Positions 24,412 through 31,777 of a stretch of DNA of 64,000 nt are shown here, in pieces. A program made the position numbers and the translations under genes. Source of the stretch: Bacillota bacterium (lineage in GTDB: Bacteria > Bacillota > Halanaerobiia > Halanaerobiales > M55B127); contig JBNJDV010000001.1 in assembly GCA_051745185.1 (NCBI GenBank), forward strand, positions 745-64,744, written 5' to 3'. How positions within the stretch are numbered: position 1 is the stretch's first letter; each line of letters begins with the position of its first letter. The notes below the pieces were generated by a model. That model was not told the DNA's origin. It made no database searches and worked only from the letters and a program-made list of their open reading frames with translations.

Positions 24412-24959
24412 TTATATTCACCTCCGCGAAGATTGCTTATATTTTCATCAATATATTCTTTTAACCAGTTAATTATTTTGCTGTTATGTATTTTTGTATC
24501 ATCTAATTTATTTTTGATTTCTTTAGTATCAAAGATAAAAACTTCATCATTAAAGATATGTTTATACTTAATATCAAACTCATTTTTCCAAAGTAACATT
24601 GAAATTATAGTCTGTGAAATATCACCTAGAGGAGCACGGTCAATATGATCATGTTCAAACACAGCTTTAATGTTCGTTCCATTTTTATTTGAACTAATTT
24701 TAAAGTCTCCATTACATCTTTGCGCTGCTGCTTTAAAAAGTGATAAACCGAGTCCAACCGGCCTAGTTTTTCTTGTTGTAACAAATGGATCTGTAATATT
24801 ATCTAATATATCTTTTTTTATACCGGTTCCATCATCTTTAATATTAATAGAAAAAATGTTTTTTTCAGTATCTTCAGTTATTGTAATATAAATATTATCT
24901 GCATCAGCCTTAATTGAGTTTTCAGCTATATCAAGAATATGTAAGGCTAATTCCTTCAT
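24408..24959 (-). CDS. stand-alone GHKL (histidine-kinase-like) ATPase domain protein
   Basis: 183 aa with N-box HILDIAENS, G1 DDGTGI and G2 GLGLSLFK. There is no HisKA/DHp domain, and the C-terminal ~80 aa are unrecognised. Both ends overlap the neighbouring genes (TGATG and ATGA). Confidence 0.75.
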   Translation of the reverse strand: MKELALHILDIAENSIKADADNIYITITEDTEKNIFSINIKDDGTGIKKDILDNITDPFVTTRKTRPVGLGLSLFKAAAQRCNGDFKISSNKNGTNIKAVFEHDHIDRAPLGDISQTIISMLLWKNEFDIKYKHIFNDEVFIFDTKEIKNKLDDTKIHNSKIINWLKEYIDENISNLRGGEYN

Positions 24960-25447
24960 CAGCTTTGGAAGTTCTTTAATATTTCAGGAACTTTTTCCGG
25001 AGTCATTCTACCGAATGTCTCATCATTAATCATAATTACTGGTGCTAGACCACATGCACCAATACAGGCTACAGTTTCTAAAGTAAAGTTTAAGTCCTCT
25101 GTTGTTTCCCCACTATCAATATTTAATTCAGCTTTTAATTGGTCTAAAACTTCAGCACCACCTCTAACATGACAGGCAGTTCCAGTACAAACTCTAACAA
25201 TATTTTCACCTCTTGGTTCTAGGTGAAATTGTGAGTAAAAGGTAACAACACCAAAAACTTGGCTTAATGATAAATCTAAATTACAAGCTATTTCTTTTAA
25301 TACTTCTTCTGGTAGATATCCATATTCATCTTGAGCATCTTGCAGGATTGGTATTAGATACTTCTCTTCTAGACTATAGTTTTTAAGTATTTCATCTAAC
25401 GGAGCTAAGTATTTATCCATATTTTTTTGATCACATCTACAAGGCAT
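24959..25447 (-). CDS. hydC: NuoE-like [2Fe-2S] subunit of the hydrogenase (HydC)
   Basis: 162 aa with the NuoE pattern CTGTACHVRG...CIGACGLAP. Confidence 0.9.
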   Translation of the reverse strand: MPCRCDQKNMDKYLAPLDEILKNYSLEEKYLIPILQDAQDEYGYLPEEVLKEIACNLDLSLSQVFGVVTFYSQFHLEPRGENIVRVCTGTACHVRGGAEVLDQLKAELNIDSGETTEDLNFTLETVACIGACGLAPVIMINDETFGRMTPEKVPEILKNFQS

Positions 25448-25509
25448 AATATATTGACCTCCTATCTTGTATTTAATTTATTTAGTCTATGTTAAATTAT
25501 ACACAAACT

Positions 25510-25538
25510 ATTATAAGTGAATATTTTCACTTTGTCAA
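25510..25538 (-). promoter_or_regulatory. consensus sigma-A promoter of the hydC...hydA operon
   Basis: On the minus strand, TTGACA (25533-25538), a 17-nt spacer, then TATAAT (25510-25515), about 60 nt upstream of the hydC ATG (SD GGAGG). Confidence 0.65.
25515..25532. promoter_or_regulatory. Rex-box-like palindromic operator inside the promoter spacer
   Basis: Perfect inverted repeat AAGTGAA-N4-TTCACTT. The core GTGAA-N6-TTCAC matches the Rex consensus TTGTGAA-N4-TTCACAA. It lies between the -35 and -10 boxes. Confidence 0.45.
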
Positions 25539-25559
25539 TGCTTCCATAAAAATTTTGTG

Positions 25560-26294
25560 CTAAAGTAAATATTCGGGATTATTATGTGTTTTGAAATATT
25601 GGAAAATATTATTTAAGGAAACTTTATCTGGTAAATATATCTCCATAGTTGGTTTTATTTGATTAAGATAATGACTATCTGAGTTTTTTAAAAAAATAAA
25701 TTTTTTTAGATATGGAAAGGTCTTATAGTAATAAGCTATTGATTTATTAAAACTCATTTCTATAAATGAAATCTCTAAATCATCAGGTATAAATCCTAAG
25801 TTTTTTATCAAACCAAAACTTCTATCTATATGTGAAGGGACACAAATTCCGTTGTTTTTATGTGTTAGGTCAACTAATCTATTAATACTTAAATCTGTTG
25901 AGTTTAATAATAGTTTTTCTTCCTTTTCTATAAATGTATCATTTTTATCTACAACAATTTGATATCCGAACTTCTCTTCATCATTTTTTATATCAGGAAG
26001 GTTATTATAGATAATTTTTGAGTAACTATTAAGATCATTAAGGCTTGCAAAATAACTTAAAAGATGAATTTCCTCTTTACTTTGAACTTCTATTCCCGGA
26101 ATTAGATATATATTTTTCTCCTTGGCAATCTCTAATGCACTGGCAATATTTTTAGCAGAATTGTGATCTGTAATTGATATTATATTTATTCCTTTTTTTG
26201 CAGCAGTTTCAATTATATTACCAGGTGTCATTGTAATATCTGCACAGGGAGATAAAACTGAATGGATATGTAAATCCAGTAGATATTTCTGCAT
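25560..26294 (-). CDS. PHP-domain phosphoesterase
   Basis: 244 aa with PHP metal-ligand motifs in order: DLHIHS, ITDHNS, GIEV...IHLL, PSHIDR and NSDSHYL. Confidence 0.8.
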   Translation of the reverse strand: MQKYLLDLHIHSVLSPCADITMTPGNIIETAAKKGINIISITDHNSAKNIASALEIAKEKNIYLIPGIEVQSKEEIHLLSYFASLNDLNSYSKIIYNNLPDIKNDEEKFGYQIVVDKNDTFIEKEEKLLLNSTDLSINRLVDLTHKNNGICVPSHIDRSFGLIKNLGFIPDDLEISFIEMSFNKSIAYYYKTFPYLKKFIFLKNSDSHYLNQIKPTMEIYLPDKVSLNNIFQYFKTHNNPEYLL

Positions 26295-26295
26295 A

Positions 26296-26646
26296 CTATA
26301 CTCCTAAGCTGGCTAACTTTTTTGCCAATTCATAAGCAGAAAGTTCAGATTTAAAGAGATTAACTTTTTTTTCTTTAGCCCTATTAACCGTTTTTTCATC
26401 TATTTCAATATCTTCACAAACAATCACACCTGAAACTTCAGTAAGTAAGGCTACTGCAATTACATTTTGATGGCCTTGAATAGTAATCCAAAGTTCACCA
26501 TCTTGTGCTCTAGCCATAACATTACTTAATAAATCACCGATATAGCAGCCGTTGACCTCTTTATTTAAATCAGCTTCATTAATTAAATCAAGTTGCAGTT
26601 GTTCCACAACATTTTTTAATATCAAATAACTCACCTCACTAATCAT
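26296..26646 (-). CDS. DRTGG-domain protein (paralog 2)
   Basis: It aligns by eye with the protein at 28423-28800: IGDLLSNVMA vs GADLMSDVLA, and AKEKKVNLFKSELSAYELAKKLASLGV vs AKEKGILLYMTDKPMFEACGILYNLGV. The start is uncertain: ATG 26646 overlaps the upstream stop by 8 nt, TTG 26625 has SD GAGGTGA, and the track start 26679 is less likely. Confidence 0.7.
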   Translation of the reverse strand: MISEVSYLILKNVVEQLQLDLINEADLNKEVNGCYIGDLLSNVMARAQDGELWITIQGHQNVIAVALLTEVSGVIVCEDIEIDEKTVNRAKEKKVNLFKSELSAYELAKKLASLGV

Positions 26647-27964
26647 TATTGTTGTTATTGTTATTATTCTCTTTATCATTCATAACCGGTGGCAGTTCAT
26701 GGGTTAAAAGTGAAAGTTGGTCTGCTAGGTCTCCAATTTCTTTTCTTAGTACAAATATACAGTCTGATTTTTTTGCAAGTCCGTTTACAACATCTTCTGC
26801 AAATGTTTCACAGTCTGGAGCTCCACATGCTGCACAGTCTAAACCGGGTAAACTTTCAATTAATTTTTCTAATTTATCTAGTTTATCTATTGCTTTTACA
26901 AAATCTTCATCTAATTTTTCTGCACTAATTTCTTTTATCTTCTCATCCAATTTAAAGTTATAGTCGTCTATGTTTTGTTTTATAAAATCTTTTTTGGATC
27001 TAGTGCTGCTTTTGATATTATATTTAGCTTGAAATGGATTACTTACATTAAAAATCCCTCCAACACAACCAGTTGGACAGGCTACAAGTTCCAAATATCT
27101 AATTCCTTTAAGATTACCTCTTGTTAATTCATCTAATGCTTTTTTAATATTATGTATACCGGAAACTGATAGAGTTTCAATAACTCCTTCATTGTTTAAT
27201 ATATCATTTTCACCACCACTTTGACCCCATGATATTCCTAAAAACGGTTGGTATTTTTGTTTTAACTTTACATTTTTTAAGTTGTTGTCTTTTATGATGT
27301 TCATGATTTTTGGATATACTTTTTCTACAGCAATAGCTCCAGTTAAGTTCGATTGGGGTCTACCTAATGGATTTTTAATTGCAGTTACCTTAGCTGGACA
27401 GGGAGTGATAAAAAAGATGCTGTAACTATTTTTCTTTTTTTGGTCTACTTTTTTATCAACATAGTCTGCCATTAAGTCCACAGGTGAATTAAAAGGTACT
27501 ATATTATCAATTAGTTCAGGATATAGTAAAGAAATTAATCTTACTATTACAGGACATGAAGATGAAATATGGGTTCCTTTATGTTCGGATAGAAACTGTT
27601 TTGTTTTTTTAGATACTGCTTCTGCTGCATAAGCAACATCCCAAACTTCATCAAAACCTAACTTATAGACTGCCTTTTTTATCTTTTCTGGGTTAAACTT
27701 TCTATCAAATTGACCATAAAAACTTGGTGCTAGAAGAGCTATGTTATAATCATAATTCTTTAGTTCGTCAAGATCATCTGTTTTTGCATACTTTGCATGA
27801 TATTGACAGGTTCTTATACATTCAGCACAGTCAATACATAAGTCTTCTTTTATGGTTGCTTTACCCTGATGGACACGAATTGCTTTTGTGGGGCAGTTTT
27901 TTACACAGTTTGTACAGCCCTCACATTTATCCTCTTTTAATAATACAGAATGTTTATTGCTCAT
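26639..27964 (-). CDS. HydS-like putative sensory [FeFe]-hydrogenase paralog (2x4Fe-4S + H-domain + C-terminal Cys4 extension)
   Basis: 441 aa. N-terminal CEGCTNCVKNCP and CIDCAECIRTCQ. The H-domain motifs are altered: SSSCPV (for TSCCPxW), TPCPAK (for MPCxxK) and ACPTGCVGG. The C-terminus carries CAACGAPDC-x16-C (Cx2Cx4Cx16C) and a poly-Asn tail. Confidence 0.85.
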   Translation of the reverse strand: MSNKHSVLLKEDKCEGCTNCVKNCPTKAIRVHQGKATIKEDLCIDCAECIRTCQYHAKYAKTDDLDELKNYDYNIALLAPSFYGQFDRKFNPEKIKKAVYKLGFDEVWDVAYAAEAVSKKTKQFLSEHKGTHISSSCPVIVRLISLLYPELIDNIVPFNSPVDLMADYVDKKVDQKKKNSYSIFFITPCPAKVTAIKNPLGRPQSNLTGAIAVEKVYPKIMNIIKDNNLKNVKLKQKYQPFLGISWGQSGGENDILNNEGVIETLSVSGIHNIKKALDELTRGNLKGIRYLELVACPTGCVGGIFNVSNPFQAKYNIKSSTRSKKDFIKQNIDDYNFKLDEKIKEISAEKLDEDFVKAIDKLDKLEKLIESLPGLDCAACGAPDCETFAEDVVNGLAKKSDCIFVLRKEIGDLADQLSLLTHELPPVMNDKENNNNNNNND

Positions 27965-27979
27965 TATTACACCCGCTTT

Positions 27980-28408
27980 TTACTTATCTATATTGATAAT
28001 AGCTTTTAATTTTGTATATTCTCCAAGTTCGCTTTCAACTTCAAGGTCATCAGAAAATCTTTTAACATTATTTAGACCCATTCCGGCTCCAAAACCTAAT
28101 TCTCTAATATCATCTGTTGCTGTTGAATATCCAGCTTTAAATGCTCTATTAATATCTTCTATACCCGGACCATCATCATCAGAAACAATACTGATTTGTT
28201 TTGTATCAATATATGCTTTTAATCTTCCACCATCTGAGTGGATTATTAAATTCATTTCAAGTTCATATGTAATTATTGAAGTTCTTCTTATATCCTTATT
28301 ATTTACTCCCAGTTTTCTTAATAGGCTTTTAAGTTTACTGGAAACTTCACCACCACTTGCAAAATCTCCTTTTTCAATCTCACTATCTATTATCTTTTTT
28401 TTCTTCAA
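27980..28408 (-). CDS. RsbW/SpoIIAB-like GHKL Ser/Thr kinase-type ATPase
   Basis: 142 aa with N-box YELEMNLIIHS, G1 DDGPGI and G2 GFGAGMGLNNV. Its size and layout match anti-sigma-factor-type kinases, but no STAS partner or sigma factor is nearby. Confidence 0.75.
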   Translation of the reverse strand: MKKKKIIDSEIEKGDFASGGEVSSKLKSLLRKLGVNNKDIRRTSIITYELEMNLIIHSDGGRLKAYIDTKQISIVSDDDGPGIEDINRAFKAGYSTATDDIRELGFGAGMGLNNVKRFSDDLEVESELGEYTKLKAIINIDK

Positions 28409-28422
28409 AATTTATCATCCAC

Positions 28423-28800
28423 CTACTCTATTTTAACCATTTTTTCGGGTTTAACCCCCAGATTATATAATATTCCACAGGCTTCAAACATCGGTTTATC
28501 TGTCATATATAAAAGTATTCCCTTCTCTTTTGCCAGTTCTACAGTTTCTTTAACAGGAGTTTTGCCGCGCACAAATATGATTATCTTTATTCCGATCATT
28601 TCCGAAGTCCTAACAACCTGTGGGTTGGTCAATCCAGTTATCAGCATGGTTTTAGCATTAGAAAATGCCAAAACATCACTCATTAAATCAGCTCCACAGG
28701 CAGTTTTTACATCTATATCTAATTTTTCAGGAACTTCAAAAATTTCCTTTAAATTTAAGTGCTCTTTAATTTGTTTTAACTTCATTTTTTTATTTACCAT
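28423..28800 (-). CDS. DRTGG-domain protein (paralog 1)
   Basis: 125 aa with a DRTGG-like core (MLITGLTNPQVVRT) and paralogy to 26296-26646. Its start overlaps the stop of the upstream amidohydrolase gene by 11 nt. Confidence 0.7.
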   Translation of the reverse strand: MVNKKMKLKQIKEHLNLKEIFEVPEKLDIDVKTACGADLMSDVLAFSNAKTMLITGLTNPQVVRTSEMIGIKIIIFVRGKTPVKETVELAKEKGILLYMTDKPMFEACGILYNLGVKPEKMVKIE

Positions 28801-29971
28801 CCTTTATGTTATCAACAATATTACCGTTAATTACCACCTTTTCAATGTTTGATGTGATATTAAGTGGATGTCCATTATAGATTACTAGATCAGCATCTTT
28901 ACCTACCTCTATACTACCAACCTTATCGTCTACACCTAAGATTTCAGCTGGATTAATAGTAATTGCTTTTAATGCTTCATTAGGATCTAAGCCTTCTTTT
29001 ATTGCCAAAGCAGCATAAACAGTTGCGTTTTTAGTAGGAATTACAGGATGATCACTCATCAGAGCAATTTTAACTCCCGCTTTTGCCAAAACCCCAGCAG
29101 TCTTAAAACTTAATTCGCTTAATTCAACCTTTACCCTACCTGTCATTGAAGGACCAACAACTGCAGGTATACCTGCCTCTGCAATTTCATCTGCTACTTT
29201 ATGACCTTCTGTACAGTGTTCTAAGGTTATATTAATATCAAATTCTTTGGCGATTCTTATTACAGTCATGATATCATCAGCACGATGTGCATGAACTTTA
29301 AGTGGAAGTTCTTTATTAATAACCCTAATCAGACTTTCCATTTTTATATCTCTATCAAATGGTTTATCTTCCTTTTTAGCATTTTCTTTTTTTTGTATGT
29401 AATCCTGTGCTTTCATTAGATTTTCTCTCATGATAGCTGCGATACCCATCCTAGTTGATGGTAGTTTATTTTGTTTATTATATACTCTTTTTGGATTTTC
29501 ACCAAAAGCAGCTTTTAGACCAGCAGGATTTTTTAAAACCATTTGATCAACTGTTTTACCATATGTTTTTATAACCAAACTTTCTCCACCAAGTACATTA
29601 GCACTTCCCGGACCAGTCATTATTGTTGTCACACCATTTTGCAGTGATTCTTTTAAGGCAAAATCATCTGGATTAACTGCATCTATAGCCCTTAAGTGGG
29701 GAGTTATTGGATCGGTCATCTCATTACAATCCTGACCTTCCCAACCCAAACCATCTTCTTCGATTCCCAGATGAGTATGAGCATCAATAATACCAGGTAT
29801 TACAGTTTTCCCTTTTCCATCAATTACTTCATACTCATCTTTAATTTCAATATATTCTGAAATTTCTGCTACTTTTCCATCTTTAACTAAGATTGACCCT
29901 TCTTGATAGTCTTTTCCCGACATTGTTAATATCTTAGCATCTTTAATTAATATCACAAGTTTACACTTCAC
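28790..29971 (-). CDS. metal-dependent amidohydrolase (COG1228-like)
   Basis: 393 aa with the metal motif IDAHTHLG, later His/Asp ligands (HAHRADD, TLEHC, SDHP) and DADLVI near the C-terminus. Confidence 0.85.
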   Translation of the reverse strand: MKCKLVILIKDAKILTMSGKDYQEGSILVKDGKVAEISEYIEIKDEYEVIDGKGKTVIPGIIDAHTHLGIEEDGLGWEGQDCNEMTDPITPHLRAIDAVNPDDFALKESLQNGVTTIMTGPGSANVLGGESLVIKTYGKTVDQMVLKNPAGLKAAFGENPKRVYNKQNKLPSTRMGIAAIMRENLMKAQDYIQKKENAKKEDKPFDRDIKMESLIRVINKELPLKVHAHRADDIMTVIRIAKEFDINITLEHCTEGHKVADEIAEAGIPAVVGPSMTGRVKVELSELSFKTAGVLAKAGVKIALMSDHPVIPTKNATVYAALAIKEGLDPNEALKAITINPAEILGVDDKVGSIEVGKDADLVIYNGHPLNITSNIEKVVINGNIVDNIKDGK

Positions 29972-30974
29972 TTTCTTTTAAAGTTATTATTTGTTCAATA
30001 TATCCCACTTTATGTTTGTGATGATTTTTAACTTCTGGTTTGATATATTTTTTTAATTTTTTTGTATTTTCTTTAGATAAGTACCCTAAATTTTTCAATA
30101 CCTCAATAATTACCGGAGGTATTGCTCTTGAATTACCATCTTCAATTTTAACACAGATTCCTGGACCTCCATTGTATAATCCTAGACAGAATACACCTTC
30201 TGCTCCCATTTTACCTGTCAGTTTACCACTCATTGCATCTATTAAGTCAGTATTAAATCTTTTTGTTCCTGCGATCATCTCGGGATATTCTTTAATACTT
30301 TCTGTTATTCTTTCAGCTGCTTGTTTATATTTATCAGAAAGGTATTCTGGATTAGCTAATTTTGCAAAACCCAGTGACATATTTTTTATTGAAAGACCAA
30401 AAACCACCACTCCACAACCATCTTCTCCCAAAAGAATATCATCTTTTTTTGTTTCAGTTATATCACAGATGGTCTTTAACATTAATTTTTGTACAGGATG
30501 ATCTTTATCTAAATAATTATCTAAATCCCAGTTATTATACTTGCAAAGTGCTAAAAGGGCAGCATGTTTACCAGAACAATTATTATGTATCTCAGTAGGC
30601 TTTTCACCAGACAAATATAGTTTGTGAGAAGCTTCTTTGTAATAGGGGTCATGAATCCCACACTGAAGTTTATCTTCACTTACATTAATTTTTTCTAAAA
30701 TACTTTTAACTGCTTTAATATGTATGTCTTCACCATTATGTGAAGCACACATAACTGCTATTTCTTTATTAGTAAAATTAAAATGGTCAGCTGCTTTTGA
30801 AGTAATAACCGGTAAAGTCTGAAAAGGTTTAGCCGCTGACCTTAAATATGTGATTTTATCAGGGTCTCCATGATAGTATAGAAGTTTCCCATCAGGTGCA
30901 GTTACAGAAATATCTCCTCTGTGTCTGCTTTCAATAAGATTACTGCGGTAGACATTAGCGATATAATCAGCCAT
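29961..30974 (-). CDS. asparaginase II family protein (PF06089-like)
   Basis: 337 aa with N-terminal SNLIESRHRGDISV, LRSAAKPFQ and NCSGKHAA, the pattern of the thermolabile asparaginase II family. It overlaps the amidohydrolase gene by 11 nt. Confidence 0.75.
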   Translation of the reverse strand: MADYIANVYRSNLIESRHRGDISVTAPDGKLLYYHGDPDKITYLRSAAKPFQTLPVITSKAADHFNFTNKEIAVMCASHNGEDIHIKAVKSILEKINVSEDKLQCGIHDPYYKEASHKLYLSGEKPTEIHNNCSGKHAALLALCKYNNWDLDNYLDKDHPVQKLMLKTICDITETKKDDILLGEDGCGVVVFGLSIKNMSLGFAKLANPEYLSDKYKQAAERITESIKEYPEMIAGTKRFNTDLIDAMSGKLTGKMGAEGVFCLGLYNGGPGICVKIEDGNSRAIPPVIIEVLKNLGYLSKENTKKLKKYIKPEVKNHHKHKVGYIEQIITLKESEV

Positions 30975-31013
30975 TTGTACACCCCTTATTTAAATATAGC
31001 ATAGAACTATGTA

Positions 31014-31376
31014 TTAAAGATTTACTAACCCTAAACTTATTCCAAGTGCCGTATCTACTCTTTCTAATATTTCACCATTTAACTTTGCCACTTCACTTTT
31101 TAGCCTTTTTTTGTCAATTGTTCTAATCTGTTCTAATAGTATTACTGAATCTCTTTCTAACCTTGAATCACCAGCAGAAATCTCAACATGTGTCGGCAAC
31201 TGCGCTTTATTAATTTTAGACGTTATAGCAGCCACTATAATTGTTGGACTATACTTGTTCCCAATATCATTTTGAATAATTAAAACAGGTCTGACCCCAC
31301 CCTGTTCTGAACCCACCACAGGGTTAAGGTCAGCATAATATACATCTCCTCTTTTTAAATCCATAAATTTACTCAC
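31014..31376 (-). CDS. mazF: type II toxin MazF/EndoA (PemK family endoribonuclease)
   Basis: 120 aa: [29 protein letters not shown]...ITSK...LPTHVEI, closely like Firmicutes EndoA/MazF. Confidence 0.9.
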   Translation of the reverse strand: MSKFMDLKRGDVYYADLNPVVGSEQGGVRPVLIIQNDIGNKYSPTIIVAAITSKINKAQLPTHVEISAGDSRLERDSVILLEQIRTIDKKRLKSEVAKLNGEILERVDTALGISLGLVNL

Positions 31377-31644
31377 ACTCCACTAAACATTTTTCATAAA
31401 TCTTTATCGAATTACTATCACACTTCAAACCTTCATGCGCTAATTCTAAATTAATATCACTCATTTCAATATAGCCTTTTTTAAGCTGTTCTCTTAGTTC
31501 AATCTTTTTGTGTTCACATAAATAATGAGTTACCGCATCTTTTATAAACTTATCCCTACTGACTCTACGGTATTTAATATAATCATCTACATCTTTTAAC
31601 AGTTCCTTGGAAATTTCAATAGTAATTTTATTTTTTTCTTCCAA
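31369..31644 (-). CDS. mazE: MazE/EndoAI-like RHH antitoxin
   Basis: 91 aa, with a TTG start after SD GGAGGTG. It has an RHH-like N-terminus and [14 protein letters not shown], resembling B. subtilis EndoAI (RGYMEMAKINL). It overlaps mazF by 8 nt. Confidence 0.75.
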   Translation of the reverse strand: MEEKNKITIEISKELLKDVDDYIKYRRVSRDKFIKDAVTHYLCEHKKIELREQLKKGYIEMSDINLELAHEGLKCDSNSIKIYEKCLVECE

Positions 31645-31777
31645 TCACCGCACCTCCAGAAGTATTGAAATATTATAAAACAGATGGGGCAACACCCCAC
31701 CTGCAGACCACCTTATTTTTTAATATATATATTTTCCTAATTACTAGTATATCTTAAATTTTTAATTTATACAATAT

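Noticed and set aside
26639-26680. An AAT/AAC-rich run encoding a poly-Asn tail, considered as a possible slipped-strand phase-variation tract.
   Set aside because: The run is an imperfect mix of AAT and AAC codons, not a homopolymer or perfect microsatellite. It sits at the extreme C-terminus, where length changes would have little effect.
27888-28436. Plus-strand ORF of 182 aa, longer than the 142-aa minus-strand ORF it overlaps.
   Set aside because: The minus-strand product has clear GHKL ATPase boxes (DDGPGI, GFGAGMGLNN). The plus-strand translation is low-complexity S/L/I/F-rich sequence, typical of the antisense frame of an AT-rich gene, and has no SD.
30040-30501. A family of long plus-strand ORFs antisense to annotated genes: 7022..7477, 12046..12429, 30040..30501, 40171..40539, 55902..56291, 367..591 and others.
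   Set aside because: Each lies entirely inside a minus-strand gene with strong family signatures. Their translations are S/L/F/P/I-rich with no recognisable motifs and no SD. Open antisense frames are expected from the codon bias here, so I do not count them as overlapping genes.
31690-31720. Hairpin UGGGG-UGUUG-CCCCA between the helicase stop and mazE, considered as a terminator or a mazEF operator.
   Set aside because: It is only a 5-bp stem with a weak U-tract, and I could not place a convincing -35/-10 pair around it. The support is too weak to annotate.
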